A model generated the notes under the pieces. That model worked only from the letters and a program-made list of their open reading frames with translations, did not search any database and had not been told where the DNA came from. Below are positions 32,248 to 42,526 of a DNA stretch of 64,000 nucleotides, piece by piece (position 1 is the first letter of the stretch; every line of letters begins with the position of its first letter). A program made the position numbers and the translations under genes. The stretch spans positions 1 through 64,000 of IMG/VR virus record IMGVR_UViG_3300007770_001284. One strand, given 5' to 3'.

Positions 32248-33030
32248 AGCTTTTCCAGCCAACACAAAATTTCTTAATGCTGGTGTTACGCATCCAATAG
32301 TGAATTCATCAAACGATATTGCTGCGCCGCTTATTATAGATATGATTTCGCCGTCTTCATTTAGTATTGGAGACCCGCTACTACCAGGCGCAGCTGGTAC
32401 AGAGAATATGTATATGTCTGAGACTTGTCCCACAAAGTATCCATCAAAGACTGGAACTGCTAATGGAACAGCCAAGTTGTGTGGCGATGACATGGTATAA
32501 ATTTTTTCGTGCAAGATAACATCATCATCTGCAACCTGTAGCTCTGGACCCAGGTTTGCATCTGCTATCAACATGCACAAATCGTTGTTTGAGTCAACGG
32601 CTATGATTGTGCCATATCCCTCTCTACCAAAGCCAGACTGAAGATGCATTTTATATTGTATGCTTAGATCTTTCGTTACTGGAGTTGAGTTTCCAGGCGC
32701 GCTACAAACATGTCCAGCTGTCAGGACCAGCGAACGACCATCATGCTCACCGATGATCACACCAGAACCGGTTGCAGATATTCCTGCAACTGGTTCTCCA
32801 GCAGGAGCGCAGTTTATTTTGTTATCATCGCAAGCAAGGTTGTAAAGATCAATGTCCTGTGTTACCATTATAAACGATTCAATAGGAAACTTATCAGATG
32901 CTGTCTGCACCGTTGGACTTCGAAGCACCGCCCCGAGCTTCATAGCATACATCAAGTTAGCAGCACCCAGCACTGTTGCTACAAAGCAAAGTGACAAAAA
33001 AACAGTACGGCTAGTCAAGAAATTTCGCAT
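32233..33030 (-). CDS. membrane-anchored trypsin-like serine protease
   Basis: GSGVII, LTAGHVC (His), NDL (Asp), PGSSGSP (Ser); N-terminal TM segment. Confidence 0.9.
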   Translation of the reverse strand: MRNFLTSRTVFLSLCFVATVLGAANLMYAMKLGAVLRSPTVQTASDKFPIESFIMVTQDIDLYNLACDDNKINCAPAGEPVAGISATGSGVIIGEHDGRSLVLTAGHVCSAPGNSTPVTKDLSIQYKMHLQSGFGREGYGTIIAVDSNNDLCMLIADANLGPELQVADDDVILHEKIYTMSSPHNLAVPLAVPVFDGYFVGQVSDIYIFSVPAAPGSSGSPILNEDGEIISIISGAAISFDEFTIGCVTPALRNFVLAGKASLSL

Positions 33031-33110
33031 GTGCCCCTATTAATATCTATTGGTCGGTTTCTTTTTAGTTCCGTACATAGCTAAATGGTTCTCCTGATAT
33101 TTGCGCAAGA

Positions 33111-33139
33111 TTGTAAATTACTAGAAAAGTCCTTACGAT
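33111..33139 (+). promoter_or_regulatory. sigma70-type promoter for the helicase
   Basis: TTGTAA-N17-TACGAT. Confidence 0.6.
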
Positions 33140-33155
33140 ATAATATGGATAACAT

Positions 33156-34784
33156 ATGAGCTTTACGTATAACGGGTACTTTCCGTATCCATCAATTAGA
33201 GACCAGCAGTCAGAAGCTGTCGACTTTATCTTAGATTCTTTCATTAATAAACAAAAGCGTTTTGTTATTTTGGAAGCAGGGACTGGTGTGGGGAAAAGTG
33301 CTGTAGGTCTCACGGTTGCTCGTTATATGACCGCGAATTTCTCGCCGAAGGGGGAGAGTGTTGCTGGTGGATATTTCCTCACAACTCAAAAAATCCTACA
33401 GCAACAATACATCAATGATTTTGGTGGAACAGCTGGAGCGATGAAGTCGATTATGTCTTCAACAAACTACAAGTGCAGCTATAACAAGAAGGCCACTTGT
33501 GCTGAAAGTTTACGAGCATTAAGGACGGCAGAAAAAGGATCACCGTTTTGGAGAGCATGCACGTTTAGTTGCAAGTATAGAAAAACAAAAGATGAATTTA
33601 TTCAGTCTTCCGAAGGCGTCACCAATTTTCCATACTTTCTGGCAGAAACGCAGTACGCGGGAAAGCTAAAACAGCGACAAGTTCTTGTGATTGATGAAGC
33701 TCACAACGCATGTGGAGAGCTCAGCAAATTTATTGAAATAACAATATCAGATAAATTTTGCAAGGACTTTCTAAAATTTCCGTTACCAACTGGGGGCACC
33801 CCCGCTCAATACATCAAGTGGATAAAAGACACGTACGTTCCAGCCATCGCTTCGAGGCTTAAGCATCTTGAGCAAATGATGGAAAAATATGTTGGTCTAA
33901 AAGACAAGATGCGTAGCGGAGAATTTGCTAACGTTGCAAAGAAATTCGAGATGTTAGATAAGCATGTATGTAAAATGCGGAGATTTCTAAAGCTATACTC
34001 TACTGATAACTGGGTGTTAAATGAAATTCCCGCAGATGGAAGGTCAGGAAGAAAAATAGAATTTAAGCCTATTGATGTTGCTCCCTTTTCAAGCGAAATG
34101 CTTCTAAATTATGGCGACCACGTTTTGCTTATGTCTGCCACGATATTAGACGCGGAAGCGTTTGTGGAAATGTTGGGTATACCCAAAGACCAGTACACCT
34201 TTATTTCTATGCCCACACCATTCCCGCCCGAGAATCGTCCTGTTTTTTATTCTGGTATGGGGAAAATGAGCTCTAAAACGATCGAAGAAACGTTACCCAA
34301 GATGGCACAGGCAGTAAAAGCGATTCTTGAGCAGCACAAGGGTGAGAAGGGTATCATTCACTGCCATTCTTACAGGATCGTGAATTATCTTAAAAAGAAC
34401 ATCCGCAGCAAGAGATTGCTTTCCCATAATTCTGATAATCGCGATGCGATATTAGAAAAGCATCGAAAATCAAAATCTGCAACGGTTTTGTTATCACCCT
34501 CTATGACAGAGGGTGTTGATTTGCACGGTGATTTAAGCCGGTTTCAAATCATATGTAAGATACCATACCCATATTTGGGCGATAAACTTATAAGAAAAAA
34601 AATGAATAAGTGGAAGTGGTGGTATCCACTGCAGACGGCCAAAACTATTGTACAAGGAACAGGCAGGTCTGTTAGATCGCTAGATGACACTGCTGTAACG
34701 TACATCTTAGATTCTGACTGGGAGCTTTTTTACAATCGAAATCGAAATATATTTCCAGATTCTTTTAGGGAGTCATTAAAATGA
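33156..34784 (+). CDS. DinG/XPD-family SF2 helicase
   Basis: Q motif IRDQQ, AGTGVGKS, DEAHN, MSAT, EGVD, QGTGRSVR; Cys cluster consistent with an Fe-S domain. Confidence 0.9.
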   Translation: MSFTYNGYFPYPSIRDQQSEAVDFILDSFINKQKRFVILEAGTGVGKSAVGLTVARYMTANFSPKGESVAGGYFLTTQKILQQQYINDFGGTAGAMKSIMSSTNYKCSYNKKATCAESLRALRTAEKGSPFWRACTFSCKYRKTKDEFIQSSEGVTNFPYFLAETQYAGKLKQRQVLVIDEAHNACGELSKFIEITISDKFCKDFLKFPLPTGGTPAQYIKWIKDTYVPAIASRLKHLEQMMEKYVGLKDKMRSGEFANVAKKFEMLDKHVCKMRRFLKLYSTDNWVLNEIPADGRSGRKIEFKPIDVAPFSSEMLLNYGDHVLLMSATILDAEAFVEMLGIPKDQYTFISMPTPFPPENRPVFYSGMGKMSSKTIEETLPKMAQAVKAILEQHKGEKGIIHCHSYRIVNYLKKNIRSKRLLSHNSDNRDAILEKHRKSKSATVLLSPSMTEGVDLHGDLSRFQIICKIPYPYLGDKLIRKKMNKWKWWYPLQTAKTIVQGTGRSVRSLDDTAVTYILDSDWELFYNRNRNIFPDSFRESLK

Positions 34785-35272
34785 AAGTTTATCAAAACGT
34801 TGAAGACCTACGAGCGTATATCGACGCCACTGGGTGGGGCGCAGATATCCCGGTCTATATTACCAGTGGTGGATTTGACCCACTTCACATTGGACACTTG
34901 CGGTGTATCTTGGAAACAGCTGATAAGGCAGATCTAGACGGTGGTGTTGTTGTGGTGGTTGTTAACGGCGACGGATTCTTACAGCGAAAAAAGGGAGCGG
35001 TGTTTATGCCAGAAGATGAGCGTTGCGAAATAATTGCAGGGATTCGGGGAGTCGACGCAGTCGTAAAATGGGACGATGGTAGCCAAACAGTCATCGGTGC
35101 GATTGAAGTGCTTAAGCCGAATTACTTCACGAAGGGTGGAGACAGGGCATCACCAGAAGATATTCCAGAATGGGATATATGTCAAGAAGTTGGGTGCAAA
35201 GTACTTTTTAACGTTGGTGGGAAGAAAATACAAAGCTCTTCATGGTTGGTTGGTAGCGATAGCACAAGGTGA
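34781..35272 (+). CDS. cytidylyltransferase / nucleotidyltransferase (HIGH family)
   Basis: SGGFDPLHIGH, VNGD, KGGDR. Confidence 0.9.
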   Translation: MKVYQNVEDLRAYIDATGWGADIPVYITSGGFDPLHIGHLRCILETADKADLDGGVVVVVVNGDGFLQRKKGAVFMPEDERCEIIAGIRGVDAVVKWDDGSQTVIGAIEVLKPNYFTKGGDRASPEDIPEWDICQEVGCKVLFNVGGKKIQSSSWLVGSDSTR

Positions 35273-35314
35273 AATATTTAAGTGATATAATATGGTTGGA
35301 GCTGGAGAACAATT

Positions 35315-35743
35315 ATGAAAAAAAAAGAGTTTCACGGTGCTGGATTTTTCTTAATAGATCCTGCAACGAATCTTATGTTGGCGCTCGTTAACAATCATGG
35401 GCTTTATGATTTTCCGAAGGGTGTTAAAGAGCCTGGGGAGCTACCATTAGAAACAGCAACAAGAGAATGCTTCGAAGAATGCTCTATATTAATAGAAGAA
35501 GAAGAGTTGATGAGCTGCGGTCCTTTTAGAGAAGGTGGACTAATAATGTTTTGCGCAGAAACGTCAAAGAAGCCAGTAATTTTCCCAAATGAAAAAACTG
35601 GTATCTTAGAGCATACGTCATATGAGTGGGTAAAACCAGAAGTGTTTAAAGAAAGTTGTGTTGGATATCTAAAGCCGATGCTTCAGAAAATTGTGTCATC
35701 GCTGGCAGACCAATCACACCCTCTAGTCTCGGACCATACTTAA
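35315..35743 (+). CDS. NUDIX hydrolase
   Basis: FPKG-x5-E-x7-RECFEEC Nudix box. Confidence 0.88.
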   Translation: MKKKEFHGAGFFLIDPATNLMLALVNNHGLYDFPKGVKEPGELPLETATRECFEECSILIEEEELMSCGPFREGGLIMFCAETSKKPVIFPNEKTGILEHTSYEWVKPEVFKESCVGYLKPMLQKIVSSLADQSHPLVSDHT

Positions 35744-35756
35744 GCACAGGGATAGC

Positions 35757-36923
35757 ATGTCAATTTTTCAAAGACACAAGACAATCGCTGATCGATCTGC
35801 TGGAGATCGATCCCGACATCGCAAAAAAATTGAGCGCGCTATTAAAGAGGGTATCTATAATATCGTTGCAGAAGAATCCATAATAGGAAAAGAGGGAAAG
35901 AAGAAATTTCGGATTCCTGTCCGCGGTATTAAGGAGTATCGTTTTGTCTATGGTGACAACGGATCAAAAAGAGTGGGCTCTGCGCAGGGTAAAGATGTCA
36001 AGCGTGGACAAGTGATCGGTAAAAAAGAGCAAGCAGAAGCTCCCGGAGAAGGCGAGGCTGGAAACCAGAAAGGAGAAGAGTATTACGAAGTAGAGCTTAC
36101 GCTAGACCAATTATCAGAATATCTTTTCAAAGATTTAGAGCTTCCAAACTTTGAAAAAAAGAAAAACATGAATGTGATATCGAAAAAGATCAAACGTCAT
36201 GGCTACAGAAGCAAAGGTATCCGACCACGATTAGACAAAAAAAAGACTGTAGTTGAAAAACTTAAGCGAAAAAATAAAAGCAAATTTATTTCAAGTGCAG
36301 AAAAGCAAGAAGAAGAAAGTTTCCCGTTCCACGATAATGACCTAAAGTATAGACACTACAAGGTTCACGAGAAAAAAAGCTCTAATGCAGTCATATTCTT
36401 CTTAATGGATATTTCAGGATCGATGTCAAAGCCAAAAAAATATCTAGCGCGAAGCTTCTTTTTTCTGTTATATCATTTTATTAGAGCGAGATATGATACA
36501 GTTGATTTAGTTTTTGTGGCTCATGATGTAGAGGCCTACGAAGTGACAGAAGAACAATTTTTTGGACGAGGATCTTCAGGGGGAACACTGGTATCCAGCG
36601 CGCTGAGCATGACAGATAACGTTATATCATCTAGATATCACCCTAATAGTTGGAATGTATATATTTTTCAGTGCTCTGATGGTGATAACTGGCCTACTGA
36701 TAACCAGAAGACGACTGAGCTAGCAAATCGGTTGCTTGAAAAAGTTCAATTTTTTGGATATTGTCAAATAGAGCCGAACGCAGAAAGAGCCGCTCACCCC
36801 AACCATGGCAGCTTACAAGAAGTGTATCAGCCTCTTATAGGACAAAAGTTTAAAACTGCTGAGGTCAGCTCAAAAGAGCATATCTGGCCAGCATTTAGAA
36901 CGTTTTTTGGAAATGATTTATGA
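35757..36923 (+). CDS. yeaH: YeaH/YhbH (DUF444) family protein
   Basis: DRSRHRKKI, FLMDISGSM, GGT.VSSAL, WNVYIFQCSDGDNW. Confidence 0.9.
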   Translation: MSIFQRHKTIADRSAGDRSRHRKKIERAIKEGIYNIVAEESIIGKEGKKKFRIPVRGIKEYRFVYGDNGSKRVGSAQGKDVKRGQVIGKKEQAEAPGEGEAGNQKGEEYYEVELTLDQLSEYLFKDLELPNFEKKKNMNVISKKIKRHGYRSKGIRPRLDKKKTVVEKLKRKNKSKFISSAEKQEEESFPFHDNDLKYRHYKVHEKKSSNAVIFFLMDISGSMSKPKKYLARSFFFLLYHFIRARYDTVDLVFVAHDVEAYEVTEEQFFGRGSSGGTLVSSALSMTDNVISSRYHPNSWNVYIFQCSDGDNWPTDNQKTTELANRLLEKVQFFGYCQIEPNAERAAHPNHGSLQEVYQPLIGQKFKTAEVSSKEHIWPAFRTFFGNDL

Positions 36924-38230
36924 GCGCTAATTTCTTAAAATCTCTTGAAGCGTGGGATGAAAAGATAGTCAAGCTAGCTAGCGAATACGGGTTAGATTGG
37001 TTTCCTATCATTTATGAAACCTGTGACTATTATGAGATGATTGGTAACATGGCATATCACGGCATGCCCACGCATTATAGGCATTGGAGCTTCGGGAAAT
37101 CATTCGAGCGTACCCATGCAATGTATGATGCTGGACTAGAGGGTCTTCCATACGAACTAATAATAAACAGCGATCCTTCGTTAGCCTACTTGATGGAAGA
37201 AAACCCATTGTACTTACAAGTTTTGATTATGTGCCACTGCGTTGGTCACTCAGATTTTTTTAAGAACAATATTACTTTTGCAAATACAGGGCCAGACCAT
37301 ATTCTATTACGCATGCGCAATGCAAAGAGATTTGTCGACGGTCTAATAGAAGATCCTTCAATCGGTGTACAAAGGGTAGAAGAAATTCTAGATGCTGCTC
37401 ATGCCCTTTCTCTTCAAGTGCCAAGACGTTATAAAAAATATGTGACGCAGAAAGAACAAAAAATGCACTTAATTCATGATATCAAAAACGGTAAATATGA
37501 GAATGCTGACATAACACCCAGCCCTAAAGCAATACCGGTTAGTCCAGAGCAAAATATTTTGGCATTCCTCGCCGAGTGCAGTCCTCATCTCGAAGACTGG
37601 GAGCGGGAGCTATTACACTTCGCGCGCGAGGATGCTGAATATTTCATGCCACAAATTAGGACAAAGATCATGAATGAAGGGTGGGCGTCATTTTGGCATT
37701 ACAGATTGATGCACGACCTTCAGCTCCCAACCTCGATGCATATTCCTTTTCTCAAAATGCACAATGAAGTTACAAAACCTCACCTGGGGAGCATTAACCC
37801 TTACCATTTGGGATTTTATCTTTTTAGAAAAATAGAAGAGCGCCACGGGCTAAAAGAATGTTTCATCGCAAGAGAAGCATTAAATGATGAATCGTTTATA
37901 AGACAATATTTAACAGAGGAAGATTGTGTTAATTTAAACTTGTTTACGTTTGGACTGGACAAAAAAAGCTATGTAATAGAGGATGTATCGGATGAACCTG
38001 GATGGAAATCAGTGAAAGAAAACCTAATCAAACAGGTTTCTGCGAATAATATTCCTTCAATTATAGTTGACAGAGTGGACAGCGCAAACATACTGTGCTT
38101 GAAACACGATCATGACGGCCGCGATTTGGAGCTAGAGTATGCAGAATCAGTTATTGAACACATCACAACGTTATGGGGGGATGTAGTTAAACTTGATACG
38201 TTCATTGAAGATGAGCCATTTGAGATTTAA
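36920..38230 (+). CDS. spoVR: SpoVR/YcgB family protein
   Basis: GMPTHYRHWSFGK, YELIINSDP, HCVGHSDFFKNN, TKIMNEGWASFWH, NPYHLG. Confidence 0.93.
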   Translation: MSANFLKSLEAWDEKIVKLASEYGLDWFPIIYETCDYYEMIGNMAYHGMPTHYRHWSFGKSFERTHAMYDAGLEGLPYELIINSDPSLAYLMEENPLYLQVLIMCHCVGHSDFFKNNITFANTGPDHILLRMRNAKRFVDGLIEDPSIGVQRVEEILDAAHALSLQVPRRYKKYVTQKEQKMHLIHDIKNGKYENADITPSPKAIPVSPEQNILAFLAECSPHLEDWERELLHFAREDAEYFMPQIRTKIMNEGWASFWHYRLMHDLQLPTSMHIPFLKMHNEVTKPHLGSINPYHLGFYLFRKIEERHGLKECFIAREALNDESFIRQYLTEEDCVNLNLFTFGLDKKSYVIEDVSDEPGWKSVKENLIKQVSANNIPSIIVDRVDSANILCLKHDHDGRDLELEYAESVIEHITTLWGDVVKLDTFIEDEPFEI

Positions 38231-38244
38231 TACGGAGCAAAAAT

Positions 38245-40179
38245 ATGTCAAAGAATAAGAGCAAATATCTTGATATCATTACTAGTCAAAGAAAAAAGAA
38301 GTCTTCTGAAAAGTTTGAGGGAAGTTTGCTTGACTATTTTGCACTCTTAGAAAAGAATCCATCGTTAGCTGACCGCGCGCATAAGAGGCTTTACGATGTT
38401 ATAACGTCACACGGGGTCTCAGTACTTGAAGACGAAGACCCACGAAAGTACAAGCTTTTTGATGGTGACAATGTTAAGATTTATGATTATTTCGCTGATG
38501 AATTTTTTGGAATGGAAAATGTTATTTCAAAAATCTTAAGATACCTGAGGTCTGCTGCGCATAATGGTGAAGAGTCCAGACAGGTGTTATTATTAATGGG
38601 TCCAGTTGGTGCCGGGAAATCTGCTTTAACAGAGCATATCAAAGCTTCGCTTGAAAGTGTAAAATATTATCACCTAAAAGACGATCCGCAGAGAGGCGAT
38701 CCACTACAGCTAGTTCCGCGATCGCTACGGAAACGTTTCAGCAAGATGCTTAACGTTTCAATTGAGGGAGATATTTCTCCTGTTGCCAGGTTCTTATTGT
38801 TCGAAAAGTACGAGGGGTCTTACGAAGAATTTGAAGTTGTTGAAACAACATTCTCTCAACGTGCTCGTCGGGGGATCGCAACAGTACCGCCAATGGATGC
38901 AAACAGCCAAGATGTTTCAGTGTTAATTGGGTCAGAAGACATTTCGAAGCTAGACAAATATTCTGAAGATGACCCCCGGGCGCTATCCCTAAATGGTGCG
39001 TTTAACGTCGGTAACAGAGGGCTGGTCGAACTTGTGGAGGTCTTTAAGAACGAAATTGAGTTTCTCCATACTATCATTACTGCAACACAGGAGAAGAGGA
39101 TTCCTTCCCCCGGAAAGCATGACATGCTACACTTCGACGGTGTTATTCTTGCTCATTGTAATGAAGCCGAATGGAACCGGTTTCAAAGCGAACATACAAA
39201 CGAGGCAATATTAGATAGAATTGTTAAAGTTGAAGTACCGTATGTTCTAGAGCTAGCGCAAGAAATGAAGATATATCAAAAAATTCTTGATCGTTCCCAT
39301 TTTTCTTCTCATATCGCGCCTCATACACTTCGTGTGGCGTCAATGTTTTCTATTCTTAGTCGGCTCCATGCTAGCCAAAAGTGCGATCTTCTTACGAAGC
39401 TTAAGATTTATAACGGCGAAGATGTTGTTGAAAAGGGTCGTGTCAAAAAAATTGATATTAAAGACCTAAGAGACGAAGCTCCGCATGAGGGAATGCAGGG
39501 TATTTCAACGCGCTTTATAATGAAGGCTATCGATAATGCTTTGAGCGATTCTGATAAAGATTTTATTACTCCTGTTTCTATTCTTGACTCATTAGTGAAG
39601 CAGGTCAAAGAGCAACTTACTGATTTTGATTTTCAAAACCACTGTCTAGATCTGCTCAGAAATACCGTACGTGACGAGTATCTTCGTATGCTGGAAAACG
39701 AAATTGCAAAAGCGTTTATAACAGCATACGAAGAACAAGCACAGGCTATTTTCGAAAATTACCTCGACAATGCCGAAGCCTTCACAACTCACTCTAAAAT
39801 GAAAGACAAAGTAACAAAGGAAGAGCGCACCCCTGACGAAGAATTTATGAAAGCAATTGAGGGAGCGATCGGGGTGAGCAATTCTGGAAGAGAGGGCTTC
39901 AGGGCTGACGTTACCGCATATATGTTTTCAAAAATGAGACGTGGCGAAGTTGTAGACTATACATCTTATGAACCGTTAAAAGACGCAATCGAAACATATC
40001 TCATCACATCTGTGAAAGATCTGGCACGAATTGTTACAAAATCAAAAACAAGAGATGACGACCAAAAACAAAAGTACTCAAGCATGGTACAAACGCTGAT
40101 CGACGAATATGGTTATACAGCTGCGTCCGCGGAAGAGATCTTGGTGTTCGCCAGCAATAACTTATGGAGAGATAGCTAA
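38245..40179 (+). CDS. prkA: PrkA/YeaG AAA+ serine protein kinase
   Basis: FFGME, LMGPVGAGKS, GNRGLVELVEVFK, NEAILDR, GISTRF. Confidence 0.93.
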   Translation: MSKNKSKYLDIITSQRKKKSSEKFEGSLLDYFALLEKNPSLADRAHKRLYDVITSHGVSVLEDEDPRKYKLFDGDNVKIYDYFADEFFGMENVISKILRYLRSAAHNGEESRQVLLLMGPVGAGKSALTEHIKASLESVKYYHLKDDPQRGDPLQLVPRSLRKRFSKMLNVSIEGDISPVARFLLFEKYEGSYEEFEVVETTFSQRARRGIATVPPMDANSQDVSVLIGSEDISKLDKYSEDDPRALSLNGAFNVGNRGLVELVEVFKNEIEFLHTIITATQEKRIPSPGKHDMLHFDGVILAHCNEAEWNRFQSEHTNEAILDRIVKVEVPYVLELAQEMKIYQKILDRSHFSSHIAPHTLRVASMFSILSRLHASQKCDLLTKLKIYNGEDVVEKGRVKKIDIKDLRDEAPHEGMQGISTRFIMKAIDNALSDSDKDFITPVSILDSLVKQVKEQLTDFDFQNHCLDLLRNTVRDEYLRMLENEIAKAFITAYEEQAQAIFENYLDNAEAFTTHSKMKDKVTKEERTPDEEFMKAIEGAIGVSNSGREGFRADVTAYMFSKMRRGEVVDYTSYEPLKDAIETYLITSVKDLARIVTKSKTRDDDQKQKYSSMVQTLIDEYGYTAASAEEILVFASNNLWRDS

Positions 40180-40433
40180 TGTCAAAAATTGGGTTTAGCG
40201 AGGGGCTATTAGTGTTTGCAATAGCTGCATTATGGCACAATCAGATACTGGCCATTATTGCGATGAGTTTGGCAATTTTCGGTGCAGTCGTTCGTGTATC
40301 AATAGAGCAAAATCAAAAAGCTAAAGAAAACGAAGCAAAGGCGGAGGCGGCAAAATTATTGAATGAACAAGTTCAAGAAGTCGGCGATGCCATTGGCAGC
40401 GTTTTTAGGAAAAAAAAGAATAATTTTCACTGA
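40179..40433 (+). CDS. small membrane protein
   Basis: two hydrophobic helices followed by a charged tail. Confidence 0.7.
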   Translation: MSKIGFSEGLLVFAIAALWHNQILAIIAMSLAIFGAVVRVSIEQNQKAKENEAKAEAAKLLNEQVQEVGDAIGSVFRKKKNNFH

Positions 40434-40441
40434 GGCTTCTT

Positions 40442-41779
40442 ATGGACCTGTACGCCTCAGTTGTTGCCGGCGAAGAAGCTGATAAAGTTACTCGTGCAGC
40501 TGTAAATTCTATCGATCACCTTATAAATGATTTGCGTGACAATCGAAATTCAATAATTCTTGGTCATAGATTGCATACACTTGGGTGGTCTGATTCTTTT
40601 CGTCTTCTCATTGACGGCTTAGATGCATGTCCACTAGTATACCGAAATTTAATATTAAATTCAGCTCACACTATATATCGTCAGTGCTCACTGGCTGTTC
40701 CGCTTTACCTTGTTACACTACAAGAATTATTAAAAAATCACAAAAGAGAAGAGCTAACAAAAAAGCTTAGAGCTACTATTGATAAGCAAGTTCTTCATAA
40801 AAAAAGAGTTTCTTCTATAGCTGCGAAAGATGTATGGAAAAAAACAGTCCATGATGAATTAACAAACCAGATTTTGTGTGTTTTATCAGATGCAATTGAT
40901 TCAGCGGGGGCACTGGGCGCTATAGAGCTAAAAAGAGACAAGTCACTTCGTGTAGAGGTTGACGAGGGTGTTGTTGTGTCTGCATCTATCCACCCTCAAT
41001 TTGCCGCTAGGGTTTCTAGTTTTCTTAGATTAGAAGACTGCAAGGTTGTTGTCATTGACGGAGCTGTTACAAGCGTCGGTGAATTGAACAGGCTGTTAGT
41101 ACGTGCAAATGAGAGCAAGCTAAAAATTGCAATATTTGCCAGCCAGTTCTCTGATGAAGTGCTGAATACGCTGGTAGTGAATTGGCAGCAGGGAAAGCTA
41201 ATAGTCGTTCCTGCAATTTTCAATGAAGATCTTGATGATATTAACCAGGTTAGAGATCTTGCTTCTACTGCTGGTGTTATACCAATTTCAACAGACGTAG
41301 GTAATTCATTGTCATCACTTGATATCGATGAAGTTAAAGAGATGAAAGGAGTGATATTTGATAACATACGAAAGCAGTGTGAAATTATTTTAGACACCGA
41401 TAGTCTGGGAAGAGTTCTTACATTGAGAGCGGAATTACAGACAAAGAGAAGTAAAGAAGAAGTTGAAGACATTAAAGACGTTTTGGCTAGTCGCTTAACC
41501 AAGCTAACAAGCAGAAAAACAACAATCTATATTCCCTGCGAATCTGATGAGTTCGGGCTAGTTAAAGATAGAGCTGCTAGCTTATTTACATTTGTGAAGT
41601 GTTGCGCAAATGAAGGTGTTATCCACACTCACGAAATCTATAAAGATGTGGGTGCCAGTACGCTCCCACAGCTGCCTATTTTTTTACCAGCTTACTCTGC
41701 ACACCTTTCTATTCTTAAAGCAATTACAGACTGTGAACAGATACATAAAATTGGTGCATTAATTTTAGTGGATCGGTGA
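40442..41779 (+). CDS. divergent Cpn60/GroEL-like protein
   Basis: apical-domain-like VVVIDG...EVLNTLVVN...DLA...RLTKL; lacks GDGTT; 445 aa. Confidence 0.7.
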   Translation: MDLYASVVAGEEADKVTRAAVNSIDHLINDLRDNRNSIILGHRLHTLGWSDSFRLLIDGLDACPLVYRNLILNSAHTIYRQCSLAVPLYLVTLQELLKNHKREELTKKLRATIDKQVLHKKRVSSIAAKDVWKKTVHDELTNQILCVLSDAIDSAGALGAIELKRDKSLRVEVDEGVVVSASIHPQFAARVSSFLRLEDCKVVVIDGAVTSVGELNRLLVRANESKLKIAIFASQFSDEVLNTLVVNWQQGKLIVVPAIFNEDLDDINQVRDLASTAGVIPISTDVGNSLSSLDIDEVKEMKGVIFDNIRKQCEIILDTDSLGRVLTLRAELQTKRSKEEVEDIKDVLASRLTKLTSRKTTIYIPCESDEFGLVKDRAASLFTFVKCCANEGVIHTHEIYKDVGASTLPQLPIFLPAYSAHLSILKAITDCEQIHKIGALILVDR

Positions 41780-42252
41780 TGCCGAAAGAGCTAGAAGAAA
41801 AACATTGGTTCAATGGAAGCTCTTCGCCAGTGAGTTTTTGTGATATAATTGAAAGCATTAAAGAGCACGCTGAATTCGAATTGTTTGTCGGGTGTGATTC
41901 TCATAAGATCAGTGAAAAATATATTTTTGCTACAGTGATTGCGTTGCACAAACCCGGTAAGGGGGGACATTTTTTCTTTTATAGGAGAAAAGTAAAAGAT
42001 AAGCGCTTTGACAATATTAAGATAAGACTGCTGGAAGAGACAGAGTTGGCCATCAGCGTGGCAAGATTAGTAAGAGAGTATTTCCCAACAAAGGCTGTTG
42101 CCGTGCATCTCGACATTAACGCTGATCCGTGTTACCGATCAGCAGCAGTATTACGACCAGCTACATCATACGTAATTTCTTCAGGGTTTCAGGTAGCGAT
42201 TAAGCCTCTATCTTGGGCTTCTTCAAGCCTGGCGGATGCTTTTGCAAAATAA
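41776..42252 (+). CDS. RNase H-like YkuK (DUF458) family protein
   Basis: LFVGCDS, RLLEETELAI, VHLDIN, IKPLSWASSSLAD. Confidence 0.85.
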   Translation: MMPKELEEKHWFNGSSSPVSFCDIIESIKEHAEFELFVGCDSHKISEKYIFATVIALHKPGKGGHFFFYRRKVKDKRFDNIKIRLLEETELAISVARLVREYFPTKAVAVHLDINADPCYRSAAVLRPATSYVISSGFQVAIKPLSWASSSLADAFAK

Positions 42253-42296
42253 TTTGTTTACTTGCTAAGCATCAGCCTTAAATTTGTTGAAGGATT

Positions 42297-42518
42297 ATGG
42301 AGGGAAATATGAACCCACAAGAAGTGCGAGACTTAGTTCATAATATTATTAATTTTACAGGTGATGAAGTTGGCAGGAAGCTTGTTGAAACCACAACTGT
42401 ATCGTGGAGTGAAAATAATAATGTTGATGTGTTGACCAACGAACAAGCGCAAGCAATATTGGCGGCATTAACAGAGACTATAAGACAGTCAGCATTCACA
42501 ATTTTGTCAAAGTATTAA
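42297..42518 (+). CDS. hypothetical protein
   Basis: 73-aa ORF (start may be ATG 42309). Confidence 0.7.
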   Translation: MEGNMNPQEVRDLVHNIINFTGDEVGRKLVETTTVSWSENNNVDVLTNEQAQAILAALTETIRQSAFTILSKY

Positions 42519-42526
42519 TTGCTAAA

